DNA from: Rhodocyclaceae bacterium
Lineage (GTDB): Bacteria; Pseudomonadota; Gammaproteobacteria; Burkholderiales; Rhodocyclaceae
Direction: 5' to 3'
Length of the DNA stretch: 52,765 bases
Assembly (NCBI GenBank): GCA_003158255.1
Contig: PMIH01000030.1
Span: 34,728-87,492, forward strand
A model generated the notes under the pieces. That model was not told the DNA's origin, searched no databases, and worked only from the letters and a program-made list of their open reading frames with translations. Positions 17,149-30,750 of this stretch are shown one piece after another. Each line of letters opens with the position of its first letter. The first letter of the stretch is position 1. Both the position numbers and the translations under genes were made by a program.

Positions 17149-18522
17149 TCATCGTCCACGTTGTTCGATCCACGGACAAAGCACAAGTCTTCCGGTCGGC
17201 GAATCGAACAAGCGAATTAACTCTCTCGCCAGGCGATCAATGCCAGGGAACCCAATGGCGGCTCGGTTCAGTTCGTCGCGACCGCAATCGTCCATGATCG
17301 AGTAGCCAGCCGTGCGAAACCCTGCCGCGTCCTGACCCAGGCCATCGATCAGGTCTGGCTGAACCTTGCGCAATAGTCCATCGACTTCAACCGGCGTCAT
17401 TTCCTGATAGCGGCGCGGTGTTTCAGGAATATGCCAGCGCCCTTCCCGATCCGGCCAGCCCTGCAAGGCACTGCCAACGCGGATGCCGAAGTCGGCATAG
17501 ACACGGACATCGCGCGGATGCAACGGTGCGAAGGAGAAATACAGCTTTCCATCGAGCCGGCGCCGACTCGCGGTCAGCGACGCTTTCACGTCGGATGAGT
17601 GATCGGCGATCATGCGTTCGGCCTTGCAGGCGACCTCGTTATCGAAGCAAGCAGCGATTGCGCGCAAGCTCTCGCGCGTTGCCGTCGGGCCGAGAAAACT
17701 GACCTCTATCGATGGCAACCCGAACTGTTGCTCCAACTTCCTGACCCAATATTCCATGTCCACACTGACGACCAGCCGACCAGAGCCAAGACCGGCGACT
17801 TGCGACCGATCGCTGCCTCCCGGCCAGCGCGCCACGACGCGCAGCCCCAGATCGACCAGCAGGCGCTCGATATTGCGCCAAGCGCCATTCATTTCCCGGC
17901 AAAGCAGGACAACATCGCGCGGGCCGGGCTCAACGTCTTGCGCAGCCCACTCCCGCCATGTGCCAATGATGGTGTTGTGCGTCTCGCCTATTCCGTCGCC
18001 GCGTCGGAAACCGGCACATTGAACCGGGATCACGGGCTTTCGCAGTTCGCGACTCGTGTGCTTCGCCACGCTCTCGATATCGTCGCCGATTAGGGCAATG
18101 GGGCACGTGGAAGGCAACGTCATGCCCCGATTGCGGGGAAACAGCCCGTCGGCTTCGACGACGGCGCGAGCCAGTTTGTTTGCGCCGCCGAATACAACAT
18201 CCTTCTCCTGAAAATCGGTGCTCAGGTTGATGCCGCTGAACACCTCCGCGCCGGAAATGCCATCGACCTGCGGACGATTGCCGTGGGCATAGACCCCGCA
18301 ACCGATCGGACCGTTGGTGATGTGCAGCAGGTCGCGGACCGGTGCCCAGAAAGTCGTGCTTTGGCCACCGTAGAGACATCCGCCGGTGGCGGCACGTCCG
18401 ACCTGAAGGCGATTCAAGGCGTAGTTCCAGGGCGGCATGGATACCGCTGGACCGCCCGGCGCCAGGGACGGGTACTCGTCCTGTTGCCGGTGAAGCTTCT
18501 CTGTGGGGAGCCGGGCGTTCAT
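17149..18522 (-). CDS. orphan nitrogenase component-1 family protein (NifD/NifE-like alpha-type subunit), function unknown
   Basis: 457 aa from the ATG at 18522 (alternative TTG at 18528). It aligns by eye with VnfE in this window: GGCLYGGQ, ITNGPIGCGV, STCPIALIGDDI, PVQCAGF. The cofactor-ligand position VVCSK is VVSVD here. There is no signal peptide and no adjacent K/N-type or H-type partner. Confidence 0.75.
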   Translation of the reverse strand: MNARLPTEKLHRQQDEYPSLAPGGPAVSMPPWNYALNRLQVGRAATGGCLYGGQSTTFWAPVRDLLHITNGPIGCGVYAHGNRPQVDGISGAEVFSGINLSTDFQEKDVVFGGANKLARAVVEADGLFPRNRGMTLPSTCPIALIGDDIESVAKHTSRELRKPVIPVQCAGFRRGDGIGETHNTIIGTWREWAAQDVEPGPRDVVLLCREMNGAWRNIERLLVDLGLRVVARWPGGSDRSQVAGLGSGRLVVSVDMEYWVRKLEQQFGLPSIEVSFLGPTATRESLRAIAACFDNEVACKAERMIADHSSDVKASLTASRRRLDGKLYFSFAPLHPRDVRVYADFGIRVGSALQGWPDREGRWHIPETPRRYQEMTPVEVDGLLRKVQPDLIDGLGQDAAGFRTAGYSIMDDCGRDELNRAAIGFPGIDRLARELIRLFDSPTGRLVLCPWIEQRGR

Positions 18523-18524
18523 GA

Positions 18525-19619
18525 TCAATTGTTCATGTCGTTGCGCCGCAGTCCATCCGGTCCCTTGCCGGCAAGCATCAGATCGAGTTCGCGCTCGCTG
18601 AGGTGGTAGCGATAGAAGCGGGCGTAGTAGTCACGGAATTCCTGCCGCAGATCGAGATCGGGGAACAGTTGCGGATACAGTTCCTTCGCCAGGTAGAGCA
18701 TCAGCAGCACGCCCTCGGTGGACCCGTCCCAGTAGAAGACGCCTTCGGGCAGCTCATGCACTTGACCGGTCCGAACGGCGGTGACCTGCGCCCAGCGCGG
18801 ATTACCGGTGACCAGTTCGGCGGAATACATGCGGCCGATGTTGATGACCTGGGGATCCCATTTCAGAATCTCCTCGATGGAAACCTCGCCCTGGCCAACG
18901 AAGGAATGTTGCTTCACCACCATGTCCGCCCCGGCGATGACGCCGTACCAGAAGGTGTGGGACGACAGGCCATGGGTGCGCGTGGCGCTTGGCCCGCGCA
19001 CATGGAAGAGTCGGACCTTCTTTTCCTCCGGTATCCGGTCTGTGCGCGAACGCACCATGGCCACCATCCGGTCGTGATAGGCGCACCACTCCTCGGCCCT
19101 GGCCTCGTACTCCGGACCGAGCACTCGGCCGAAGAGGCGCAGCATCCGCTTTCGGGATTCGACGAAAGCCTCGATGCTGTCGATCTTGTCCGTCCCCATG
19201 GTTTGCGAGACCAGGACAGGCACGCCCATCCGCGCGAGTGTGTCGATCTTGACCGGGTCCGGGTAGCCGTAGGTGCGGAACACGACGTCCACTCGCTGTT
19301 TCAACAGCTCCTCGGTGTTCGGGTTGGAAGCCAGTTGCTGGATACCATCTACGGCGGGATTGGTCTGCCGCATCCAGGGCGCATTGGTCCGGATCATCAT
19401 GGCGATTCGGTCGCTGGCGCCCAGCAGAAACAGCTTTTCATAGCACAGCACCTCCAGGCAAGCGATGCGGCCAACCCGCGCCGGGATCGCCACTTGGTTC
19501 CCGGCCATGTCGATCACTGACCTTGCGGCGGGCGGTGTTTTCGGCACCGGCGGTTCCCCGCAACCACCGGCCAGGAACATCGCGGCCAGAAGCGGAGCGA
19601 AGCGCAATCGACATGCCAT
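18525..19619 (-). CDS. lipoprotein, Peripla_BP_2 (FhuD/BtuF) class periplasmic binding protein
   Basis: Trimmed to the ATG at 19619. MACRLRFAPLLAAMFLAGGCGEPP looks like a lipoprotein signal with a lipobox-like LAGGC. The body resembles class-8 binders. Its stop is 2 nt before the NifD/E-like start. Confidence 0.75.
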   Translation of the reverse strand: MACRLRFAPLLAAMFLAGGCGEPPVPKTPPAARSVIDMAGNQVAIPARVGRIACLEVLCYEKLFLLGASDRIAMMIRTNAPWMRQTNPAVDGIQQLASNPNTEELLKQRVDVVFRTYGYPDPVKIDTLARMGVPVLVSQTMGTDKIDSIEAFVESRKRMLRLFGRVLGPEYEARAEEWCAYHDRMVAMVRSRTDRIPEEKKVRLFHVRGPSATRTHGLSSHTFWYGVIAGADMVVKQHSFVGQGEVSIEEILKWDPQVINIGRMYSAELVTGNPRWAQVTAVRTGQVHELPEGVFYWDGSTEGVLLMLYLAKELYPQLFPDLDLRQEFRDYYARFYRYHLSERELDLMLAGKGPDGLRRNDMNN

Positions 19620-19624
19620 CGATG

Positions 19625-21796
19625 TCACAGCTCCGCCTTGACCGTGAACGAAACCACCCGCGGTGCTCCGAGGGTCAGCCCGTCGCCGGAACGGTAGTAG
19701 GTCCAATACGCCTTATCGAACAAGTTGCTGACATTCAGTTTGAAAGTCAGCTTGCGGCCTGCGGCCCTGGTCTGGTAGCGCACGCCGATATCGTAGGTCG
19801 TGGCGCCGTCCAGGTAGTCGGTATTGGCGGAATCCACCGGACGCCTGCCCGAGTAATTCGCCCCACCGGTCGCCGTCAGGCCGGGCAACCCAGTCAGCGC
19901 ATATTCCAGATACAAACGGGCCTGTTGCTCCGGAACGTTGACCGGGGTCTTGCCTTCGAGAGCGGTGTTGTTCTTTGCCTTGGCGACATGGGCGTCTTGC
20001 ACGGTGAGCCCGCCCACTACCGTCAGCCGATCACTGAGCTTGCCGGTGGCAGTGAATTCCAGCCCTTGGTGGATTTCCCGTCCATTCTGCTTATAGACAT
20101 TGTCCGACGGGTCCGTGTATTCGTTGACCTTGTCGATACGGAACAGGGCGGCGGTCAGATCCATCGTGCCCGCGCGGGACTTGACGCCGACCTCGTACTG
20201 ATCGCTCACGCTCGGGGACAGGAGCGTATTGGCGTTGGCCGCCGTGGTCGGCGCCATGCCGCCGTTCGCCAGCCCTTCCATGTAGGAAACGTATAGCGTC
20301 GTTTCGGAAAGCGGTTTGTACATCAAGGCGACGCTGGGCGTGACCTTGCTCTGGTCATAATCCTTGGCGGAAAGCGCGGTACCGCTCCCCCAACGGTCGA
20401 GTTTTATCGACGCGCGGCTGACACCCAACAGGGCCGACCACGCATCACCGAATACCACGCGATCACCCAGTACCCAGTTATCGAAATGCTGCTGGTACCA
20501 GACGTTGGTCGGCCCGATGGCGAGGCCGGGATTGGCGTATCCGACTGTGTTGTCTATGTTGGAGGTACCCAACACCTTGGACACATCGTCGCCCCGCGTA
20601 TAGAGGAAGCTGGTCCCGGTATAGCCAAACGTCACCGTGTGCGCCAGCGACCCAGTATGGAACGCGGCATCCAACAGGGCGTAGGCGGAGCGGGTCTTTT
20701 CCGTCTGGCGGGTGCTGCCGATCGCCTTCTCGCTGTAGTTGCCCGCGTTGTCGGTCAACGTGGCGTTGACGAACAGGTAGTCCCGCCACATGTCGCCATA
20801 ACGGTAAGCGGAACGGAAGCTAAAGGTATCGTTCAATGCCGATTCGAGTCCCGCACCCACCACAGTCTTCTCGGCTTTGTTGTAGGTCCAGTCCTGACCG
20901 TATTGGGTGTTCGCGCTGAACCGCGACGCATCGGGCACGAAGATGCCACCGGCCGGATTGACGTTGATGAAGCTGACCAGCCCCGACATGTCCAGATCCT
21001 GATGCCAGGCGTCCAGCCACAGGCGGGTATCACGGGTCGGCTTGAAATCGACCACGCCGGAAATTAGGTGTCGCTGCTGTTTGCTGCCATCGATGTAGCC
21101 GTGGCCATCCTCGCCATAAGCATTGACCCGATACCCCCAACGATCGTCGTCGCCCACGTGGCCGCCAGCGTCGCCATGCAAGTAGTTGATGCCCCCTCCG
21201 TATTGGCCGATGGCTACACTGGCGTAGGCGTCTGGAGTGGGCTGCTTGCTCACGTAATTGACCGCACCGCCCAGAGCCGAAAAACCATACAGGAAGCCGG
21301 ACAAACCGTTCAGAACTTCTATCCGCTCCACGTTTTCCAGCGGCACGAAGGTAAAGCTACGATCCACCAATCCGTCGCGCAGGTCGGTCTGATCGGCCGC
21401 CGTGAAACCGCGAACCATCACCCGCGACATGGAGCTATAGCCATTCGACTCCATCAGTGTCGCCACCGTCGGATTGGTCTTCAGCGCGTCGGAGACCGTG
21501 TGGGCGCTACGGTTCTCGATCAACTCGCCCGAAGTGACGTTGAGGGAATACGGCGTGTCCTTGAGCGGCATGCGCCCCAACGGTCCTGCGGTTGCCGTCG
21601 TATTGCGATAGCCGCCGTCCGCCGATCCCTCGCTGGCGTCCAGATGTGAAACGACCTGGACGACAGGCAGTTCGGGGGCATCGGCCACAACCGCAGACTC
21701 CACTGCCCACGCAGCGCTTGCGGGCAATACGGCGACAACCATCAACGTGCAAGCGGAATTGCATTGCCGCGACCAAACCGGATATTCCATTTTCAT
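19625..21796 (-). CDS. TonB-dependent siderophore receptor (FhuA/FhuE-like)
   Basis: Trimmed to the ATG at 21796 (MKMEYPVWSRQCNSACTLMVVAVLPASAAWA, a signal peptide). It has a plug (RVMVRGF, ERIEVLNGLSGFLYG) and the C-terminal FTVKAEL. The ORF-track 5' extension overlaps the promoter. Confidence 0.85.
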   Translation of the reverse strand: MKMEYPVWSRQCNSACTLMVVAVLPASAAWAVESAVVADAPELPVVQVVSHLDASEGSADGGYRNTTATAGPLGRMPLKDTPYSLNVTSGELIENRSAHTVSDALKTNPTVATLMESNGYSSMSRVMVRGFTAADQTDLRDGLVDRSFTFVPLENVERIEVLNGLSGFLYGFSALGGAVNYVSKQPTPDAYASVAIGQYGGGINYLHGDAGGHVGDDDRWGYRVNAYGEDGHGYIDGSKQQRHLISGVVDFKPTRDTRLWLDAWHQDLDMSGLVSFINVNPAGGIFVPDASRFSANTQYGQDWTYNKAEKTVVGAGLESALNDTFSFRSAYRYGDMWRDYLFVNATLTDNAGNYSEKAIGSTRQTEKTRSAYALLDAAFHTGSLAHTVTFGYTGTSFLYTRGDDVSKVLGTSNIDNTVGYANPGLAIGPTNVWYQQHFDNWVLGDRVVFGDAWSALLGVSRASIKLDRWGSGTALSAKDYDQSKVTPSVALMYKPLSETTLYVSYMEGLANGGMAPTTAANANTLLSPSVSDQYEVGVKSRAGTMDLTAALFRIDKVNEYTDPSDNVYKQNGREIHQGLEFTATGKLSDRLTVVGGLTVQDAHVAKAKNNTALEGKTPVNVPEQQARLYLEYALTGLPGLTATGGANYSGRRPVDSANTDYLDGATTYDIGVRYQTRAAGRKLTFKLNVSNLFDKAYWTYYRSGDGLTLGAPRVVSFTVKAEL

Positions 21797-21849
21797 CACT
21801 AGCTCCCGAATTGAGGGTGCCGCCCTCGGGCATCCATGCCTCCTCAATT

Positions 21850-21865
21850 CGCAAGCGCCATACCA
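21850..21865 (-). promoter_or_regulatory. sigma-54 promoter for the receptor-binding protein-NifD/E-like operon
   Basis: The minus strand reads TGGTATGGCGCTTGCG with GG-N10-GC spacing. It is 54 nt upstream of the ATG at 21796. Confidence 0.5.
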
Positions 21866-21897
21866 GATCGATTCTGCGGCTCCCGCGTTACGCCGCT

Positions 21898-21911
21898 GTA
21901 CGAACGATACC
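21898..21911. promoter_or_regulatory. degenerate GTAC-N6 box
   Basis: GTACGAACGATACC, with a weak right half. It lies about 35 nt upstream of the minus-strand -24 element. Confidence 0.3.
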
Positions 21912-21990
21912 GTTTGCACCCCGATGTCCACGGTCACCCCAAATCACGACGAGGCCAGCGTTCCGGAATGTCACGCGCCGTTGGCCGAAT

Positions 21991-22004
21991 GTACGAACCG
22001 GAAC
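21991..22004. promoter_or_regulatory. GTAC-N6-GAAC box shared by divergent sigma-54 promoters
   Basis: GTACGAACCGGAAC. It is about 80 nt upstream of the plus-strand promoter at 22082 and about 130 nt upstream of the minus-strand promoter at 21865. Confidence 0.45.
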
Positions 22005-22081
22005 GAAATGAAAATCCACTCGTGAAGACCGCGCCGGGCTGCTCCCGCAGTCCGGCCGCTTCTTGTACCTCAGCGGATGTC

Positions 22082-22097
22082 TGGCCCGAAGCTTGCG
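22082..22097 (+). promoter_or_regulatory. sigma-54 promoter for the signal-less PhnD-like gene
   Basis: TGGCCCGAAGCTTGCG with GG-N10-GC spacing. The first in-frame ATG after the predicted start site is at 22140. Confidence 0.55.
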
Positions 22098-22139
22098 AGT
22101 GAGGCAGTGACCAGTTCACTTTGCGTAACCCGAGCAATC

Positions 22140-24013
<1,874 letters not shown>

Positions 24014-24033
24014 TCGATCCGGGAGACGCCAGC

Positions 24034-24234
24034 ATGGCCATGACCATCATCGCCGACGAATGCACCGCCTGCGGCGACTGCAAGCCAGTCTGTCCGACCA
24101 AGTCCATTCTCGTGCGCAAAGGCGTTTTCACCATCGATGCCAGAACCTGCACCGAGTGTGAAGACGACTCCGACGAACCTCAATGCATCCTTGTCTGCCC
24201 CGTGGACAACTGCATCGTGCCGTTGGCGGCCTGA
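24034..24234 (+). CDS. small 2x[4Fe-4S]-type ferredoxin (vnfH-associated)
   Basis: 66 aa. CTACGDCKPVCP and CTEC...CILVCP are two ferredoxin Cys clusters. Its position directly after vnfH matches the vnfH-Fd arrangement known in Azotobacter. Confidence 0.8.
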   Translation: MAMTIIADECTACGDCKPVCPTKSILVRKGVFTIDARTCTECEDDSDEPQCILVCPVDNCIVPLAA

Positions 24235-24238
24235 CGCC

Positions 24239-24952
24239 ATGACCCAAAGTCGACTCCCCGACGCCATCGCCCTGCGCATCGGCGTTGCCACCCGCAGCCT
24301 CCCCGGCGTCGGGGTCGGTCAGTTGCTGGAAGTACTGATCGACGCCGTCGGGCTCCCGCTCACGGCGGCCAAGCTCGACCGCCTGACGCTCGGGCGGTTG
24401 CGCAAGGCGTCACGGGGTACCCTGGCTGCCGTACCCCACTTCCCCCTGTTGAAGGCCCTCGCCTACCTCAACGGCGCGAGCACAATCGCTACCATCGATT
24501 CGCCGCTACCCGAGGTTGAAAGCTATTGCGACGGCGGAATGCCGCACTCGATACGCGTCGCGGTCGCATCGAGCGACGGCGAGTGTCTCGACGCCGGCTT
24601 CGCGACCGCACGCCGCTTCCTGATCTACCAACTCTCGGCAAGCGATATCCGCCTCGTTGCGATCCGCGAGGCTCCCGAGAAATCCGGCAAACATGGCTGG
24701 CGCCAGCGTTTGCCCCTGCTGGCCGACTGCCCCGTCGTGTACGCAAAGACGATCGCCACGCCAACCGCCGCCGCATTGGTCGCGGCTCGCATTCATCCGA
24801 TACAGACCTGGGTTCCCGGACCCGCGCGCGAGGCTTTGTCCAGCCTGCAACAAACGCTGCGCCGCCCGCCGCCCTGGCTGGCCAAGGCCTGCGGCCGGCG
24901 GCACCAGCCCCGCTTGCACGAGCCTACCGAAGTACTCGCGCTCAGCGCCTGA
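24239..24952 (+). CDS. NifX/NafY-family domain protein with unknown N-terminal domain of about 100 aa
   Basis: ATG at 24239, 237 aa. The C-terminal half, IRVAVASSDGECLDAGFATARRFLIYQL...LADCPVVYAKTIATPTAAALVAARIHP, is NifX-like. Confidence 0.6.
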   Translation: MTQSRLPDAIALRIGVATRSLPGVGVGQLLEVLIDAVGLPLTAAKLDRLTLGRLRKASRGTLAAVPHFPLLKALAYLNGASTIATIDSPLPEVESYCDGGMPHSIRVAVASSDGECLDAGFATARRFLIYQLSASDIRLVAIREAPEKSGKHGWRQRLPLLADCPVVYAKTIATPTAAALVAARIHPIQTWVPGPAREALSSLQQTLRRPPPWLAKACGRRHQPRLHEPTEVLALSA

Positions 24953-24978
24953 GCGTCACCTCCGTGCCACAGATCCTG

Positions 24979-24999
24979 CCTGCGCGCTTCGCGCGCGGG
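24979..24999 (+). terminator. GC-rich hairpin, possible intrinsic terminator after the vnfH operon
   Basis: CCTGCGCGC-TTC-GCGCGCGGG forms a 9-bp stem with one G-U pair. It is followed by TGATTCTTC, which is only a weak U-tract. Confidence 0.35.
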
Positions 25000-25079
25000 T
25001 GATTCTTCGCGCACCGCATTCATCATCGGAAGCCAACTCGGCAATCGACTGCACGGCAGCGAACATCCTCGGATCATTC

Positions 25080-25093
25080 GTACTTCCGCGAAC
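25080..25093. promoter_or_regulatory. GTAC-N6-GAAC box upstream of vnfD
   Basis: GTACTTCCGCGAAC sits within the larger dyad ATTCGTAC-N6-GAACGAAT. It is about 90 nt upstream of the -24 element. A weaker GCACGGCAGCGAAC lies at 25051. Confidence 0.45.
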
Positions 25094-25182
25094 GAATCCA
25101 GCGGACCTTTCGCAACGAACAAAGCGCTCTTGACGCCTGCCGATCAGCTCCCAGTGCGGCATTGAAGGTAATCAGGCCAAGC

Positions 25183-25198
25183 TGGCACGCTCGCTGCT
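25183..25198 (+). promoter_or_regulatory. sigma-54 promoter for vnfDGK
   Basis: TGGCACGCTCGCTGCT with GG-N10-GC spacing, 72 nt upstream of the vnfD ATG. Confidence 0.6.
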
Positions 25199-25203
25199 AA
25201 TAG

Positions 25204-28486
<3,283 letters not shown>

Positions 28487-28522
28487 GCCTCATTCTTCCA
28501 ACCGCATAGGCCTTCGCACATC

Positions 28523-29416
28523 ATGCTGCCGCTCGCCGAGCTTCTTGCCGATCAACACCGCTGCTTCGGGCATCGCTGGTCCCTGCCCGAGCATCGGCAG
28601 ATCGAGTTGTATTCCAAACGCAAGAAGCTCGCGTTCGGCGATGCGCCATCGGCGGCCACCGCGCCCGCCGGTACGCTCGGCCTGCTGGCGGCCGGCATGA
28701 TGCTCGAGGCCCATTTGGCCGGCGGCGATCCGCTGCTGATGGAAAGTCAGTCGTCGTGGCACGCCGTGCTGGCGCTGCCGCGCAAGACCGTCACCGACAA
28801 GCTGGTGGCGGAGGTCCATCGCATCCTGCGCATCTTCCGGATTGCCTCGTTTCATCGCGATGGCCGGATGGAAACCAGCGATGGCCTGGTGCGCATGGCT
28901 TGTAACTTTGACCGTTGCGCACTGGCGCTCACCATCACCTCCGCCGGCCTCGATCTGCTCGGCGCCTTCGTGCATCTCTTTCTCGACGCGCCCAACCAGC
29001 CCTATGGCGAGGCCTATGTCGAGCGCCTGCTGATGCAGTACTTCACCGACATCGTCGGCGAGATTCACAAGTTCGCCGACGAGGATCGGGTGCTCTACCA
29101 GTTCCGCTCACCGGGCTACTTCAACCGTCATTTCCGTTTCGATTGCGACAACCCGCGCTGCCACGCCGATGACGATGGCTACCGCTTCGAGATCGGCGCC
29201 GCCTACGCGGATGCCAACCGCTATCCGATCGACTTCTTTTTCACGCACGGCGACGACATTCACATCATTCCGGTCGAAGCGTTGAAGGACGGGTCGCTGA
29301 AGCAAGGTGAACTCTCACGCTGGCGAGCGCGCGAGCCGTTCCGCAAACAACTTCCCACTACCTATCAGCAGCGCTTCGGCCGCGAAGTGATGGTGGTCGG
29401 CCTGCCCATGACTTGA
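28523..29416 (+). CDS. hypothetical protein inside the vnfDGK operon (Cys/His-containing, no family recognised)
   Basis: 297-aa ORF, 36 nt after vnfK and 40 nt before the vnfY-like gene, on the same strand. Motifs are HRCFGHRW, CNFDRC and FDCDNPRCHADDDGY. There is no signal peptide or TM segment. Confidence 0.6.
   Translation: MLPLAELLADQHRCFGHRWSLPEHRQIELYSKRKKLAFGDAPSAATAPAGTLGLLAAGMMLEAHLAGGDPLLMESQSSWHAVLALPRKTVTDKLVAEVHRILRIFRIASFHRDGRMETSDGLVRMACNFDRCALALTITSAGLDLLGAFVHLFLDAPNQPYGEAYVERLLMQYFTDIVGEIHKFADEDRVLYQFRSPGYFNRHFRFDCDNPRCHADDDGYRFEIGAAYADANRYPIDFFFTHGDDIHIIPVEALKDGSLKQGELSRWRAREPFRKQLPTTYQQRFGREVMVVGLPMT
28742..28766 (+). repeat. dispersed 25-bp motif copy
   Basis: GAAAGTCAG TCGT CGTGGCACGCCG. 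It is in sense orientation in the 297-aa ORF, read as E-S-Q-S-S-W-H-A. Confidence 0.7.
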
Positions 29417-29456
29417 ACCAAACAACGACAACGCCCCAACCCCAACGGAGACCATC

Positions 29457-29993
29457 ATGCCCCAAACCGGCCATCTGAAAATCGCTCTGACGACCAACAG
29501 CCTGACGCGCGTCGACTGCGCCTTCGCGCTGGCCAAGCAGATCGTTTTCTACGACGTCAGCCGCGACGAGTCGCAATTCCTCGATGCCATCCGCTTCAAC
29601 GGCGGCGGCGCCGTCGCTCCTGAACTCAAGGGTCGGGCGAAGAACGGCGGCTCTTGCTGGATGGAGGACGAGGGCGAGACCAGCAGCGCCGGCGGCGACC
29701 GCATTACGCCCCGCGTCGATGCCGTCAAGGGGTGCCACATCGTCTTCACCAAGGGGCTCTCCGACGTGGCGGCGGTGAAGCTGCACAACATCGGCGTCTT
29801 CCCGGTGAAGATGGAAAGCGGCCGCGACATCGACGACTGCATCCTCTACCTGCAAAAGATGATCAAGGGCCACCCGCCGCTGTTCCTGCGCAAGGCGCTC
29901 GGCTACGTGGCGCCCAACAGCATGCAGGTGCCTGGCCAGGACATCGACACGATGGCCGACGACGAAACACCGTTGGCCGTGCTGGCCGCCTGA
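29457..29993 (+). CDS. vnfY: NifX/NifY-family protein, VnfY-like
   Basis: 178 aa. LKIALTTNSLTRVDCAFALAKQIVFYDV ... GCHIVFTKGLSDVAAVKLHNIGVFPV shows the NifX-like fold pattern. A Gly-rich insert sits in the middle. GGAG precedes the ATG. Confidence 0.55.
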   Translation: MPQTGHLKIALTTNSLTRVDCAFALAKQIVFYDVSRDESQFLDAIRFNGGGAVAPELKGRAKNGGSCWMEDEGETSSAGGDRITPRVDAVKGCHIVFTKGLSDVAAVKLHNIGVFPVKMESGRDIDDCILYLQKMIKGHPPLFLRKALGYVAPNSMQVPGQDIDTMADDETPLAVLAA

Positions 29994-30006
29994 AACGGAA
30001 CGCATC

Positions 30007-30750
30007 ATGATCCATATCGATCATGTCTCCGTCCAGCGCGGCGCGCATGAAGTGCTGCACGACATTTCGGCGGACATTCCCAGCGGCGGCATCACTGCGG
30101 TGGTCGGCCCCTCCGGCGTCGGCAAAACGACGCTGCTCGCGACCCTGAACGGACTGCTGCGGCCAAGCAGCGGCGCCATCACCATCGACGGCGTCGGCAT
30201 GCTCGATTCCGGCGAAACGCTGCGCGGCTTTCGTCGGCAAACAGCAACGGTATTCCAGGAGCATGCCCTGATTGACCGCCTGCCGGCCATGGACAATGTT
30301 CTGCTGGGCCTGGCCGATCAGCGCCATCCGCTGTCGCCGCTGCCTTGGTCGCGACCGATGCGCCTGCGCGCCGCCCAGGCGCTCGACGAAGTCGGGCTGC
30401 TGCACCGGGCCACGGCGCGCACAAGCCAACTCTCGGGTGGCGAACGGCAACGGGTCGGCGTGGCCCGCGCGCTGGTGCGCCAGCCGCGCCTGCTGCTCGG
30501 CGACGAGCCGTTCGCCTCGGTCGACCCGGCGTTGATACGCCAATTGGGCAACACCTTGCGCGACATGGTGGCCCGCAGCGGCGCCACGGTGATTCTGGTC
30601 ATGCACCAGATGGAAACCGCGCTATCGCTCGCCGACAAGGTCATCGCCCTGGCGGAGGGCCGCATCGCTTTCGATGGCACGCCCCGTCAGTTCGACCGCT
30701 GTTGCCAGGAAACCGTTTTCAAGACCATTCCGAGAGGAGCACTGTCATGA
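30007..30750 (+). CDS. PhnC-type ABC transporter ATP-binding protein
   Basis: 247 aa. Walker A is GPSGVGKTT, the signature is LSGGERQRV, and Walker B is LLLGDEP. Confidence 0.8.
   Translation: MIHIDHVSVQRGAHEVLHDISADIPSGGITAVVGPSGVGKTTLLATLNGLLRPSSGAITIDGVGMLDSGETLRGFRRQTATVFQEHALIDRLPAMDNVLLGLADQRHPLSPLPWSRPMRLRAAQALDEVGLLHRATARTSQLSGGERQRVGVARALVRQPRLLLGDEPFASVDPALIRQLGNTLRDMVARSGATVILVMHQMETALSLADKVIALAEGRIAFDGTPRQFDRCCQETVFKTIPRGALS

Noticed and set aside
19742-19750. First-half-only occurrences of the dispersed motif (GAAAGTCAG at 19742 and at 42548), and one-mismatch forms (AAGGTCAGCC at about 8663 on the minus strand and at 14990; GAAGTCAGCC at 16719).
   Set aside because: The GGYGGYACGCC half is absent at the expected spacing. 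They are counted only toward 8-mer over-representation where exact, and not as motif copies.
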